Part shown: piece by piece, positions 13,735 to 27,074 of the stretch
How positions within the stretch are numbered: the stretch's first letter is position 1
Layout of the letters: the number at the start of each line of letters is the position of its first letter
DNA from: Malacoraja senta
Taxonomy: Eukaryota
Assembly (NCBI GenBank): GCA_038087875.1
Contig: CM075994.1
Coordinates: forward strand, 11,720,001 to 11,784,000
Direction: 5' to 3'
Length of the DNA stretch: 64,000 nt
Position numbers and translations under genes: made by a program
The notes under the pieces: generated by a model
Seen by the model: only the letters and a program-made list of their open reading frames with translations
Database searches by the model: none
Told to the model about the DNA's origin: nothing

Positions 13735-14020
13735 AGAGCGTGAAAACAGGATCTTCGTCCCATCGAGTCCACGCCGACCAGTGATCAACCCATACACTAG
13801 CACTACATACACACTGGGGTCAATTTACAAAAGCCAATTAATCTACAAACCTGTACGTCTTTGGTGTGTGGGTGGAAACCAGAGCACCTGGAGAAAATCC
13901 ACATGGTCACAGGGAGAATGTACAAACTCCCATTAGAGAGCACGCATAGTCAGGATCGAACTTGGGTATTTATCTGGCACTGCAAGGCAGCAACTCTACC
14001 ATTGTGCCACTGTGCTGCCC
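13735..14020 (-). mobile_element. tRNA-derived SINE (HE1-like)
   Basis: Reverse complement starts gggcagcacagtggcacaatggtagagttgctgcc and contains caagttcgatcctgac. Confidence 0.75.
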
Positions 14021-15229
14021 AGTGCCCATACTCCGCAAGCTTGGTCCATATACCCACCATCCTCTGATGGAGGAAGGATCCCACAGGTTTCTATTAAATC
14101 TTGCCCCTCTCACCTTAAACCTAAGTCCACTGGTTCTTAATTCCCTTTCAAGGACTGCTTGAGATGAGCTGCTCCTCCCCAATTTGGCAACAGCATTAGG
14201 AGTACTCCATTGCCGGTGCGGTGTGTGTCAGACCATTGCTGCCAAATTTGTGCCCACAAGGCAATGTGATGTGACAGAGCAGAGAAAGCTTTACTGGGCA
14301 TTTGGATATGCCTCGTTGGAAGTGGGAATGCAGAATGAGAACACTTTCTACTCAAGAAGAACTCTATCCCCAATGGGAAACTGCCAGTGAGGGGCATGTT
14401 GTTTAAAATGTGAGCAGAGCCCGGTAAATATTTGGTCAAAGATAGACACAAAATGCTGGAGTAACTCAGCGGGACTGGCAGCATCTCTGGAGAGAAGGAA
14501 TGGGTGACGTTTTGGGTCGAGTCCTTCTGAAGGCTGAACTGAATTGCATCGTAGAGATGGAGAGGAGGAGATGTGAAGATGAACTGCAGTTATAGAATCA
14601 GAGTTGTCTTCACTGTCACAAAATATAAAACAATAACCTGAAGTGCTGTCATATCCCAGTCAGACGTACCATTTGATGATGTTGGGTGGTCCACATATAA
14701 CACAATTATATTTGCAGTGACAGAGAAGACACTCGTTGCTGTTGCCCTGTCAACATCACTGGTCCATAGAGAGAGCGCAGTCATTTCCTTAGACCATAAG
14801 ACATAGGTGCAGAATTCGCCATTCAGTTCATTGAATCTGCTCCACCATTCGATCATGGCCAATCTATTTTACCCTCACAACCTTCTCCCCGTAACCTTTG
14901 ATGCTCTGACTAATCAAGAACCTATTTCCTTCGCTCCATAGATGCTGCTGCACCCGCTGAGTTTCTCCAGCATTTTTGTGTACCTAAGAACCTATCAATC
15001 TCCGCTTTAGAACAACCCACAGGAGTAACCTTTGGGCGTTGTAAGGCGGCAACTCTACTCCTGCGCCACCATGCTGCCAACAGTTGTGTCATTCCTTGGA
15101 TGCTATCAAGCTTCTTCAGTGTTGATGGAGCTGTACTCTCAGCCCCCAGATCCCATAGACTTATCACTTCGACAACTGCTACAAGCAGCTACCCCCCACC
15201 CTCTTAATCTGATCTCAATCTTCGATAAA

Positions 15230-16795
15230 CCATATAACCATATAACCATTACAGCACGGAAACAGGCCATCTCGGCCCTTCAAGTCCGTGCCGAGCGTTT
15301 TTTTTAAAATAAATACTTCCACCCTAGTCCCATCTACCTGCACTCAGACCATAACCCTCCATTCCTTTCCCGTCCATATACCCATCCAATCTATTTTTAA
15401 AGGATAAAATCGAACCAGCCTCCACCACTTCCACTGGAAGCTCATTCCACACAGCTACCACTCTCTGAGTAAAGAAGTTCCCCCTAATGTTACCCCTAAA
15501 CTTCTGTCCCTTAATTCTCAAGTCATGTCCCCTTGTTTGAATCTTACCTACTCTCAATGGAAAAAGCTTATCCACGTCAACTCTGTCTAACCCGCTCATA
15601 ATTTTAAAGACCTCTATCAAGTCCCCTCTTAACCTTCTGCGCTCCAAAGAATAAAGACCTAACTTGTTCAACCTTTCTCTGTAACTTAGTTGCTGAAACC
15701 CAGGCAACATTCTAGTAATTCTCCTCTGTACTCTCTCTATTTTGTTGACATTCTTCCTATAATTAGGCGACCAAAATTGTACTCCATACTCCAGAATTGG
15801 CCTCACCAATGCCTTGTACAATTTGGACATTACATCCCAACTTCTATATTCGATGCTCTGATTTATAAAGGCCAGCACACCAAAAGCTTTCTTTACCACC
15901 GTATCTACATGATATTCCACCTTCAGGGAACTATGCACAGTTATTCCTAGATCCCTCTGTTCAACTGCATTCCTCAATTCGCTACCATTTACCATGTACG
16001 TCCTATTTTGATTTGTCCTGCCGAGATGTAGCACCTCACATTTATCAGCATTAAACTCCATCTGCCATCTTTCAGCCCACTCTTCCAAATGGCCTAAATC
16101 TCTCTGTAGACTTTGAAAATCTACTTCATTATCCACAACACCACCTATCTTAGTATCATCTGCATACTTACTAATCCAATTTTTGCACACCATCATCCAG
16201 ATCATTGATGTACATGACAAACAACAGTGGACCCAACACAGACCCCTGAGGCACCCCACTAGTCACCGGCCTCCAACCTGACAAACAGCCATCCACCATT
16301 ACTCTCTGGCATCTCCCATTCAGCCACTGTTGAATCCATCTTGCTACTCCACCATTAATACCCAACAATTTAATCTTCTTAATCAATCTTCCATGAGGAA
16401 CCTTGTCAAAGGCCTTACTGAAGTCCATATAGACAACATCTACTGCTTTACCCTCATCAATTTCCCTAGTAACCTCTTCGAAAAATTCTAGATTAGTCAA
16501 ACATGACCTTCCAGGCACAAATCCATGTTGACTGTTCCTAATCAGACCCTGCTTATCCAGATGCGTATATATATTATCTTTAAGTACCCTTTCCATTAAT
16601 TTGCCCACCACTGACTTCAAACTAACATGTCTATAATTGCTAGGTTTACTCTTAGAACCCTTTTTAAACAACGGAACCACATGCGCAGTACGCCAATCCT
16701 CCGGCACTATTCCCGTTTCTAATGACAATTGAAATATTTCTGTCATAGCCCCTGCTATTTCTACACTAACTTCCCTCAATGTCCTCGGGAATATA
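15230..16795 (-). mobile_element. CR1 LINE RT domain and 3' end (frameshifted)
   Basis: [40 protein letters not shown] and YADDTK motifs; (tatggtta)n tail. Confidence 0.95.
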
Positions 16796-17127
16796 AAATC
16801 CTTCACCATTACCCCACCAACACCAAACCATTTATTACACCCCGCCAAGTTTGACAAAGCTTTCGATTGTTGCTCCCCAGTGTCTCTGAAGGGGCTTTCA
16901 TATGTTCCAAAGTGTGCTATGTGACAGCTATCATCGAGATCCACTGTGCGTTAAGAGTGCTGTCCATTTGCACGGGATCCTGTTGATTCCTGCAGCAGCA
17001 AATTGCGAAGGAGGCTAACTCCCAATTGGCAGCAGGAAGACAGACCCGCCCTGCTTGACGGCTTGAGTTTTTCATCGTTTTACATCGTTTTTCATAGAAA
17101 ATAGACACAAAATGTTGGCGTAACTTT

Positions 17128-17270
17128 TGGTTGGCGCAGCGGTAGAGTTGCTGCTTTACAGCGATTGCAGCGCCGGAGACCCGGGTTTGATCCTGACTAC
17201 AGGTGCTGTCTGTACAGAGTTTGTATGTTTTGTAAGGGCCTGTTTCCACACTGTATCTCTAAACTAAACT
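17128..17270 (+). mobile_element. Internally deleted tRNA-derived SINE
   Basis: ggcgcagcggtagagttgctgc head joined to an aagggcctgtttccacactgtatctctaaactaaac tail. Confidence 0.7.
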
Positions 17271-17694
17271 CAACGGGTCAGGTGGAATCTCTGGAGAAAA
17301 GGATCAGGTGACATTTTGGGTCCATACCCTTCTTCAGACTGAGGCAGGGGAGAGGGAGAATAGAGGACTAGTTTGCATGTACCCTGACTCTCAGTCCAAA
17401 GAAGGGTCTAAACCTGAAATGTCATCCATTTATTCCTTTTCTCCAGAATGCTGCCTGACCCGATGAGTTACTCCAGCATTTTGTGTCTATCTTCGGTGTA
17501 AACCAGCATCTGCAGTTCCTTCCTACACATGTTTCTTTTCAAACTCGTGTACATTGGAAATCATTTGACACTGATTAAAAAGTTAACTATGATAAAACCC
17601 CAATAACGTGACACCCAATGATTCAGAATGCAGATCTGGTATCTGGCTAGATATGAGCTGGGGGTCGAGAATGTAGGTGGAGGTGTCCTGACTC

Positions 17695-18035
17695 TCAAGA
17701 ATCAAGAGACACAAGTGTTTAATAGTCATATGTACACAAAATGGAACAATTAAATCCTTACTTGCAGCAGCGTAACAGGCCAGTAAACAGTAATCAAAGA
17801 TAACACAATAAACAAAAATAATTCTAAAAATTGAAAACCCCCAATATTATTGCGAAGATCCTGAAGTCCTTAGTGCACCTGAGACACTTTGTAGTTCATC
17901 GTTTATTTGGTGTTTGTAGATCTCGTGGTTGATGTTTGTTGGGATGAAGCTATTCTTGAACATTGAGGTCACGGTTTTCAGACTCTAATATCTTCTTCCC
18001 GATGGCAGGAGTGCAATGGGAGCAATGGGTGAGGG
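17695..18035 (-). mobile_element. Rex1/Babar-like LINE 3' end
   Basis: Reverse complement reads LLPSGRRY.SLKT.TS.FKNSFIP, as in the copy at 43749-44300, with the same tail type. Confidence 0.7.
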
Positions 18036-19120
18036 CCACATATCCTCCTTTACATCAGTTATACCAAAGAAGGCTAAGTAACTGTTTTGTCAAACACTTG
18101 TGTCTGTCTGCCAAGACCTGCTGGATCACCCGGTTGCCAGCCATTTTAACTCCCCTTCCCATTTCCAGACCAAACTTTGTGTCTTGGGCCTCCTCCATTG
18201 CCAGAGGGAGGCCACACGCAATTCGGAGGAACGGCACCTCGTATTCCGCTTGGGTCGTTAACAAACAAATGATATGAACACTGAACTCTCCAATTTCAAG
18301 TAATGCTTCCCCAAACCCTTTTTCCTGTGCCCCCCCCCCCTTTGCACAGCCATTTCTCCCACCACCTCCCATCCCCATAACGCCGCTCCTTTCCATTCCT
18401 TTATACGTTCATCTCCCATCCACGTCCCCTATTTCCCCTTTATCCTCTCTCTTTCTCCTTTCCCCTGCCCCCATCCATCGACATCCTTCCCTTCGGCTTT
18501 GCGTTGCACTCCTCTTCTTTTCTCCTTATTCTTTTGTCCCCTTTTCACCTCTGGCTTTTGTTACTAACTCCACCCACTCTACCCACGTCACCTGTACAGG
18601 TACAACTCCAACGATGTCACCTGCGAATGTGGTATTGAATCACAAACAATGGAACATCTGCTGAAATGCCCACAACTGGAAAACCAATTATATAGCTGCT
18701 GATCTCGGAGCCTACAATGAAGATGCCGTGAAGTTTGTTCAGCTCCGGCTGAACAATATCTAATCATGTGATGTGGACTCGATAAGAAGACCTGTACAGG
18801 TGTCAGGGGCCGTAGGGAGAAAGTAGGAGAATGTGGTTAGGAAGGAGAGATAGATCAGCCATGATTGAATAGTGGAATAGACTTGATGGGCAGAATGGCC
18901 TAATTCTGCTCCTATTACATGACCTATTACATCCACCAATCACTTGCCTGACTTTTTCCCTTCCCCACATCTCTTTTCTAGCTTTCTCTCCTATCCGTCT
19001 GAAGAAGGGCCTTGACTCGAAACGTCATCTGTCAATTTGTTCCACAGATGCTGCCTAACCTGTAGGCTTTCTCCAGCAATTTGTGTTTTGCTCTAGATTC
19101 CAGCAGCTGTAATTTCTTGT
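18035..19120 (+). mobile_element. Penelope GIY-YIG/UTR fragment and terminal repeat, interrupted by a short LINE and a CR1 piece
   Basis: Homologous to 60-530; hammerhead motif at about 18997-19027. Confidence 0.7.
18602..18789 (+). mobile_element. 5'-truncated non-LTR retrotransposon 3' end (Vingi/I-group-like) with 12-bp TSD
   Basis: Encodes CECGIESQTMEHLLKCPQL (Zn knuckle), then a stop and a short aagaag tail. acctgtacaggt is duplicated at 18590-18601 and 18790-18801. Confidence 0.7.
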
Positions 19121-19209
19121 GTCATCACTGATTTTGGTTTAGGACAGGAGCCAGGATCTCAGACATGAACATATCTCAAACATATTTTAAAAAACTGCAT
19201 TTGGTGTTC

Positions 19210-19660
19210 TTAAGTTCATGTTAGAGGAGCAGAATTAGGTCATTCGGCCCATTAAGCCTACTCCACCATTCAATCCTGGCTGATCTATCTTCCCCTCACA
19301 ACCCCATTCTCCTGCCCTTCGCTCCCTAACCCCTGACACCCGCACGAATCAAGAATCTATCAATGTCTGCCTTAAAAATATCAATTGATGGCCTCCACAG
19401 CCTTCTGTGGCGATGAATTCCACAGATTCACCACCCTCTGACTAAAGAAATTCCTCCTCATCTCCTTCCTAAAGGTAAGTCCTTTTATTCTGAGGCTATG
19501 GCCTCTGGTCCTCAACTCTCCCAGTAGTGGAAACATCCTCTCCACATCCACTCTATTCTGTAAATTTCAATAAGGTCCCCCACCCCCTCATATTTCTACA
19601 CTCCAGCGAGTCCAGAACCAGTGCCGTCTAATGCGCATTATATGTTAACCCTCTCATCCC
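19210..19660 (-). mobile_element. CR1 3' fragment
   Basis: Reverse complement homologous to the CR1 at 23570-24035. Confidence 0.8.
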
Positions 19661-20099
19661 TGCGATAATAGGGAATTCTCTGAAAAATCCGCTAGGCGAG
19701 CACCAATAAAGTTCTAAGGTTTCTGAATTATTGGAGTGTTACTGTAATTATAAAGGCTGAATGCGCAGACAAAAATAATTTGAAACATATATTCAATTAA
19801 ACTAAAAGGAAAGTTGTTCTTACCTTTCTGCAGACAGTTCATTTCTCCCATTCATGTAAATGAACTGTTGTACATATCGCTGGAGAACTTGCCCTGGAAT
19901 TAGTAGTCTGAATTACCAGACTGAGGGCTGGAAGTGTGCATGACTTCCCCAGCTTTGGAAACAGATCATTTCCAGACCCATTCCCTGGCAGATTTTCGAA
20001 AGTTTGGCCAAGTGTTAATATGGAAGATTGCAGAGCCCCCTAGTGGCTACATTCTGCGATTACAGGTTGAGCAGTTTCCAAAGCAACAAGTAATTTACA

Positions 20100-20530
20100 T
20101 GTAGACACAAAAAGCTGGAGTAACTCAGTGGGGCAGGCAGCATGTCTGGAGAGAAGGAATGGGTGACGTTTCAGGTCGAGACCCTTCTTCAGATTGGTTA
20201 GGGTTAAGGGAAACGAATGATATAAACGATAATGTTGAGAGATAAAGAACAATGAATTAAACATATGCACAAAAGTAACGATGATAAAGGAAACAGGCCA
20301 TTGTTGGCTGTTTGTTGGGTGAAAACAAGAGGCTAGTGCGACTTATGTGGGGGAGGGATAGTGAGAGAGGGAATGCCAGGGTTAATTGAAGTTAGAGAAA
20401 TCAAAATTCATACCACTGGCTGTAAGCAGCCCAAGCGAAATACGAGATGCTGTTCCTCCAATTTGCGTTTAGCCTCACTCTGAAAATGGAGGAGACCTAT
20501 GGACTGTGTGGGAATGGGAAGGAGAATGAA
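20100..20530 (-). mobile_element. Penelope 3' end with terminal repeat and hammerhead motif
   Basis: ggtgacgtttcaggtcgagacccttcttcag at 20162-20192; GIY-YIG C-terminal homology (RKLEEQHLVFRLG) on the minus strand. Confidence 0.8.
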
Positions 20531-20675
20531 AGTGTTAGTCATTTAGTCCATCTTTAAAGAGAACAAAGTTGGCACAGAATGTGACATGTGCCACACCTGC
20601 ACACAGGCGATTTTGCAGTCTGGAACTGCAAATTAATTGATGTATGTAGCAGGTCATTGTCAAGAACCATGCGAA

Positions 20676-20982
20676 GTGGGCAATACAGTGGCGTGGCGGT
20701 AGAGGTGCTGCCTTACAGCATTAGGAACCCGGGTTCAATCCTGCCTACGAGTGCTTGTCCATATGGAGGTTTGTATGTTCTCATTGTGACTGTTGGTTTT
20801 CTCCAGGTGCTCCGGTTTCTTTTCACATTCAAAAGACGTACAGGTTTGCAGATTGATTGGCTTTTGTAAATTGTCCCTAGTGTGTAGGATGGATCTAGTG
20901 CACGGTGATCGCTGGTTGGCGCGGACTTGGGTGGGCCAAAGGGCCTGTTTCCACACTGTATCTCTAAACTCAATTAAACTAA
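20676..20982 (+). mobile_element. tRNA-derived SINE (HE1-like), near full length
   Basis: tggcgtggcggtagagg (A box), gggttcaatcc (B box) and a ctctaaac...aaactaaa tail. Confidence 0.8.
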
Positions 20983-21036
20983 AGCAGTAAGGTAGCATTA
21001 GAGAGCTTGCAGAGTATATTAGTAAGATGAATAGAT

Positions 21037-21906
21037 GGGCGGCGCGACTCTCGTTTGCAGCGGCCTCTGCAGTCCGTCTGTCTTTTTTTTATTATTTTTG
21101 TCTCGTTTTTATGTAGTTTTTTATTACTTTTTTGTCGGAGTATGTGTGTGGGTGGGTGGGGGTGGGGGTGGGGAAACTTTAAAATCTTTCCCCTGCACGG
21201 GAGACCCGACCTTTTCTTTGTCGGGTCTCCGTTGTCGTTGGGGCTGGGCAACGTGGAGCGGCCTCCAGCAGGAACGACCTGGGGCTCCAATTGCGGAGCT
21301 GCGGACTACTCACCATCACGATGCTGGCCGAGTCCGGAGCGGGTGGAGCTGTGGTGGAGACAATCGCTGCTGCTACCCGACCTCCGGAGATTCGGAGGCT
21401 ACAACCGCGGGTCTGGCGGACGGCAACACCGGAAGCCCGCGGGTCCCCTGGTGGGAGAACGCTTTTCGGGGCTTCCGCAGCGGCGACTTCTCCCGCCTGA
21501 GTTGCGGGGTTGAAGAGCACCTGGAGCGAGGCTTTATCCACCCGCGCGGCTTGGAATGGCCGCGGGAGTTTGCGAGCGAGCGCCGGGGCTCTAACACCAA
21601 GACCCGGTGCGCGACCCTTGCATTAACCGGCGTGGCTTTAATGGCCGCGGGATAATCACCATCGCCCGCCGGGGGCTTTGACTTTGACTCTGACATGGGG
21701 GGGGGGGGGGGGGGGGGAGTGCAGTGGAGAGATACGTTTTTTTGCCTTCCATCACAGCGCTGTGATGGATGTATGTGTAAATTGTGTTGTGTCTCGGGTC
21801 GTTTTCGTTTTGTAATGTATGGCTGCAGAAACGACATTTCGTTTGGACCTCAAGGGGTCCAAATGACAAATTTGTCCAAAAGACAAATAAAAATTGTATT
21901 GTATTG
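21037..21906 (+). mobile_element. Non-coding GC-rich retroposon, copy 1
   Basis: Colinear with 40767-41596. It ends in hairpin tttggacctcaaggggtccaaa, then aataaa and (attgt)n. Candidate TSD tagat at 21032-21036 and 21907-21911; it splits a CR1 fragment. Confidence 0.8.
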
Positions 21907-22334
21907 TAGATAGGATTGATAGTCAGAACCCTTTACTTCAGGTGGAAATGTCAAAGACTAGTGGGCACAGTTTTAAGGTGAAATGGGCACATTTTATAGA
22001 AGAGTGGGGCAAGCTTTTTACACAGAGCGGTGGGTGCCTGGATTTCACTGCCAAGGGTGGTGGTGGAGGCAGATATGATAGTGGCGTTGAAGAAGCTTTT
22101 AGATAGGCACGTGGTTATGCAGGGAATGGAGGGATAGGTATCATGTGCAGGCAGAGCAGATTAGTTTATCGTAGCAGCAGGTTGGGCACAGGCATTGTCG
22201 GTCAAAAGGCTTGTTCCTTCGCCGTACCATTCTATGTTCTAAGAGACTCACCAGGATCATTATGTAATTGGCTATCCAGGATCATGAACATTATCTGGAG
22301 CGTTAAAATCATATCATATAGAAGGGGGCAGGAT

Positions 22335-22638
22335 TAGTGGCTAGCTGGTAGAGCCAGTGCCTCACAGCGTCCACAAACCCGGGTTCGATCCTAATCTCTG
22401 CTGCCTGTGTAGAGTTAGCATGTTCTCCCTGTGACCACGTGCGTGTTCTGGTTTCATCCAACATCTCAAGGATATGCCGGTTTGTAGGTTAATTGGCTGC
22501 AGTAAGTTGCCCCTCGTGTGTAGGGGGTGGATGAGAAAGTGGGATAACACATAGATTTAGTATGAATGGGTGATCGGCAATTGGCATAGACTAAGTGGGC
22601 CGAAGGGCCTGTTTCAGTGCTGTACCTCTAAACTAAAA
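22335..22638 (+). mobile_element. tRNA-derived SINE (HE1-like)
   Basis: gtggctagctggtagagc...gggttcgatcct head; ctctaaactaaa tail. Confidence 0.75.
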
Positions 22639-23569
22639 ATTAATACAGTGGTGTACACTTATTCTCCTGGAAAGCTATTGAACTAGTTTAGTGGACTCCT
22701 CAATAAAGTTGAAAACAAAGATTGCCATTTTGGCAACAATTCCTCTGCCAGGAATCCAGGGTTTCTATTCTTTTCTTTTCTTTTTTAAAAGTTTTTATAT
22801 CGGGGAGAGGGAGATACATAGATAAGGAGTGTATAGATAATGAAGTGTAAGGTGTGGAAACAGGACAAAGGGAATGAAGATCAAGGATAATGTAGAATAG
22901 ATCATTGTTAGTTAGGACAAGGTAACAACAAAGCAAACAGAGATGAAGAAGGGTCTCGACCCGAAACGTCACCCATTCCTTCTCACCAGAGATGCTGCCT
23001 GACCCGCGAAGTTACTCCAGCATTTTGTGTCTATCCTCTGCAGGCAGTGGTGTTTCTTTGGGAATAATGTTGAATAATACCAATATTACATTTATATAAT
23101 GCGTCAAACAGTGGTTTATGATGTGACAAGATAATGATATGTAGAGCTGGAGTAAGCACTTTCATGTTCTAGACTGCCTTTGCCTAGGGGCTTACTACTG
23201 ACCTTGGGAGCGTTCTCAAAGAATTGCACAGCCTCTATTTGCAAGGTGTGGAGAGGCCAGCTTGTCTGTGCATGTAAAGAACACAATTCCTTAGAGGGGG
23301 TCGTGTAGGAAGGAACTGTAGGTGTTGGTTTAAACCGAAGATAGACACAAAAAGCTGGAGTAACTCAGCGGGTCAAGCAGCATCTCTAGAGAAAAGGAAT
23401 AGGTAACTATTCGGGTCGACACCAGAGATGCTGCCTGACCCGCTGAGTTACTCCAACCTTTTGTGTCTATCCTTAAAAGGGGAATAGGTTCTATACTTAT
23501 TACTTATGTGGGCAGAGAGTGCATTAAGTGGGTTGCATTCTTGTATGCATAGCTGACGGCATGATTTTA

Positions 23570-24035
23570 GATTATCAGGAATGAGTAGGTTAACCTATGA
23601 TGAGCGTTTATCGACACTGGGCCTGTACTTACTGGAGTTTGGAAGACTGAGGGGGGGGGGGGCCTCTTTGAAACATACTGACTAAAGGCTTGGATAGAGT
23701 GGATGTAGAGATTTTGTTTCCACTAGTGGGAGAGACTAAGACTAGAGGCCATAGCCTCAGAATTAAAGGACTTTCCTTTAGGAAGATGAGGAGAAATTTA
23801 TTTTGTCAGAGGGTGGTGAATCTGTGGAATTCTTTGCCACAGAAGGCTGTGGAGGCCAAATCAGTGGATTTTTTTAAGGCATAGATAGATAGATTCTTGA
23901 TTGTACGGGTGTCAGAGGTTATGGGGAGAAGGCAGGAGAATGGGGTTAGGAGGGAGAGATAGATCAGCCATGATTGAATGGCGGAGTAGACTTAATGGGC
24001 CAAATGGCCTAATTGTACTCCTATCACTTATGATT
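23570..24035 (+). mobile_element. CR1 3' fragment
   Basis: DRVDVEILFPLVGETKTRGHSL...NLWNSLPQKAVEA plus UTR. Confidence 0.85.
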
Positions 24036-25306
24036 ACAAGATTCAGCAACATGTTTGTTTAGTTAATGTGCAGGATTAACATTTAACTCCAATTGTGCCA
24101 TGTGAAAGTTTGAGAATCCATCTCTTTTAGTAAGGATATGTACCTTGACCTGGATATATCAATTCTTTGCTCTTTCATTTTTAATCTGTTGTCCACACAC
24201 GGGGATAAGTTTAAGATTTCCCTTAATCCCAAGTTCATCTGCCCCTACAAGATGATAAAGAAACGGCTAGGTTTGCTTTCCATTTCTTAAATATTAAAAC
24301 ATTTTATTTTGAGTGAAACTGACATGCATCTTCCTGATTCTTTTAGATCATTTTTGAAGTTCACAGTCAATTAATATATTTACCCAAACACACAAAAGTA
24401 ATCTGGGTTGCATTTGGTTACATATATACCATACAGAGGAGATCATATTGTACAAAAAGTTACAGTGTACTATATTATTAAGTAATTGTGGACAAAGTTA
24501 CTCCAGCTCTCAAACGCCCCAGACGACCCTCAACTTCAAGCCCTGTAAATTAGCAGCTTGTTGTAACACTTTCCACGTGATTCATTACTTTGATTGTTCC
24601 ACTGTGGAGAATATGTCAGTTGCTTGTGACTGCCTGTCCCGCTGAGTTACTCCATCATTTTGGGTCCATCTAGTGACTTGCCAACTCATGACATTTGTCA
24701 GAAAACCTGCTCTTCAGTGCAAATTTGACTTGGATTTCTGCATTCTGGTAGCGTTACTTTTCCACACATGTATACACTGGTACCCTGATATAATACCATA
24801 TGCAACATCCAATGCAGGCCACGATTGGGTTTTCAATTAACTTTGTCCACAGATCGTGGAGTGCTTGAAGACTTTTTACTATTTAATCTTCCCCATCTTC
24901 ATCATGGAAAGGGGTTGGTCTGCCTCATGCTAGTCTCTTAATAAGAAGACCACGACCACACTCCCCACAGGATGCTGCGGCCTTCAGGGCAGCCGAGGTG
25001 GAGCGGTGACGGGGGACTGCCCCTTGCAGATCGCTCGCCCTGGTCTGCCAACAGACGGCCATCTGCCGCGAACGGAGAATCGCTTGCCGAAGGCCATCGA
25101 TGGAAGACCTACAGGTGGGACTGGTAGGCCCGTGCACCACGGACTCCGAACCCGGGCCCAAGCCACCGGCATTGACCAAGAATGAGGAGGGACATGGAAC
25201 ATTGAGGTCGGAGTACCTCGGCACCAAGGAGGAAGGGGACCCAGAGTGGGCCCCCCCCGAGAACAATAGGGACTTGTGCTGGGGGGACGGAAATGGCACC
25301 AACATA

Positions 25307-25418
25307 TTTTCTTTCTTTCTTTCTCTTTCTATCTCTCCCTTCCTTTCTATCTCTCGCTCTCTCCCTACCTATCTACCTACCTACCTACCTACCTACCTAC
25401 CTAGCTATCTATCTATCT
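25307..25418. repeat. Compound microsatellite (CTTT)n/(CT)n/(CTAC)n/(CTAT)n
   Basis: Directly visible tandem tetranucleotide repeats. Confidence 0.9.
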
Positions 25419-27074
25419 CCAAGAGAGGGCAGTCAAATTACTACTCTGACCTACACTTTCCTGACTGCTAAAAACAAATATTAAAATTCCATTTGATAGT
25501 GTATTTTTTGCTACCTTATGTCCGCAGTCTCTTCATACTGTTCAATTTACATATTCTTTTAATTGCCATTTTCTCTTTATCCTGAGCCCTGGAGAAACTT
25601 TATTGTCCAATACAAAATTAGGTGCTCTCATCTGGTTCTGTTTATTGGCACGGTGTCTCTTCACTGCAGCACGCTGACTTTGCCAACATATTATGCCTGT
25701 TTCATTCTTTGAAACTGAACAAGAATCCAGCAAGCAATATTAATGGGCTGAGAGGCATTGTCACTGTTCAATTTCACTTCCTCAAAACTGACTTCCTTAT
25801 AATGAGCACGAAACATCAATATGGCTTTCCACTATTTCCTTTTAAGGAAAATATAATTATCCCCTGAAAGACCAGACCAATTTTCCCTTTTTAAATGCTT
25901 TAAACAGAAACTTATGTTGAAGTTTCTCATGCATTGCAATTTCAGAAACCAGTGATTCTTGCCCTTGATTCTTTTACATTAGAGATGGTAATGCTTACAA
26001 TGGGCACATCTAGATGTCCCCACCCATATTCTCAGTCTGAGAAGACAATAAATTGCTCTTAATGGCTTCAGGCAAAACTTTTAGCCCACATTGTAACATT
26101 AGAAGTGCACAAACTCTGAATTAGGGTTTTAAATTTTCAATGGCTGTTTTGATTGATACCTTTGATTTTGTCAAAGATCCTGCCAAATGCATATTGATGT
26201 TTCATAAGATCCTTCTTTTTACTATAACACGTTGGAACAGTATACGTCAATTAAACTAAACTTATGCTATAAACTTGTTATTAGTGGATTTTGTTCTTAT
26301 TTATTGTTAAACAAAATAACCGTTTGAACAATGATGATCGTTACTGGATTATGTATTAAGTAATAAATTGATATGCATATTTCACTCACAGGCAATAGCC
26401 CTTGAGAGATTATCTGGATTCACTGGGTTGCCTCTCAGCAAATATCCAGCTGACCCTAAGAGACTTCACCTAAAAGCCACACGGTACATTTCCAAGTGTG
26501 GAGCAACTAACAGATACCCTTGAGGCCATCTGTGCAGTTCCTTGGCTCCTGACCAGCCAAGGTTTCTGCTGCAGTAAAGTAGATAGAGGAATTAATGTCA
26601 CAGTATAAAGAAAGTTGCTAGCGCAGAAATATCCTGGGTACCAGGGACAGAGCCTGATGTTGTGGAGAACTCCAGGGACAGACGATAATACTTGGTGTGT
26701 CTGAGAAAGAGCCTGGTGCTGGGGGTATCCAGGGAGTCCAGTTCTGGATCCAAAGTAGCTGCATGGAGCACCGTGACAGGATAAAAAGGGTGATCAACGT
26801 CCCGTGTGTTTGTTAATTGTGTATCTCAGGCCATCAGTCAGGCGCTAACTCATCAGAACTCCACTGGCGGCCATCAGATGGTGTATTTCAGACTCAGCTA
26901 AACGCCCGCTCAGCCGGAAGTACTCGTTGGACCCAGACCTCGGGAGTCAGTCCCACACAATCTGAGCCGTCTTTCCTCAACAACTTTCATACCTTGACGA
27001 GACGCAGGGAGGCGCCCCCTGTACAGACTCCTACACACTTGTCCACTGCCCCAATCCGTTTTACCATCCAGTTG

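Noticed and set aside
19815..20040. Minus-strand donor AG|gtaag at about 19822 suggesting a host exon
   Set aside because: All frames upstream contain stops within ~120 nt or give only short unrecognisable peptides; no partner exon was found.
20676..20750. tRNA-like sequence
   Set aside because: It is a SINE head with A/B boxes continuing into SINE body; no intact cloverleaf.
21035..21869. ORFs of 100-206 aa in the GC-rich retroposon
   Set aside because: Reading frames are not preserved between the two copies, and they run through poly-T and poly-G tracts.
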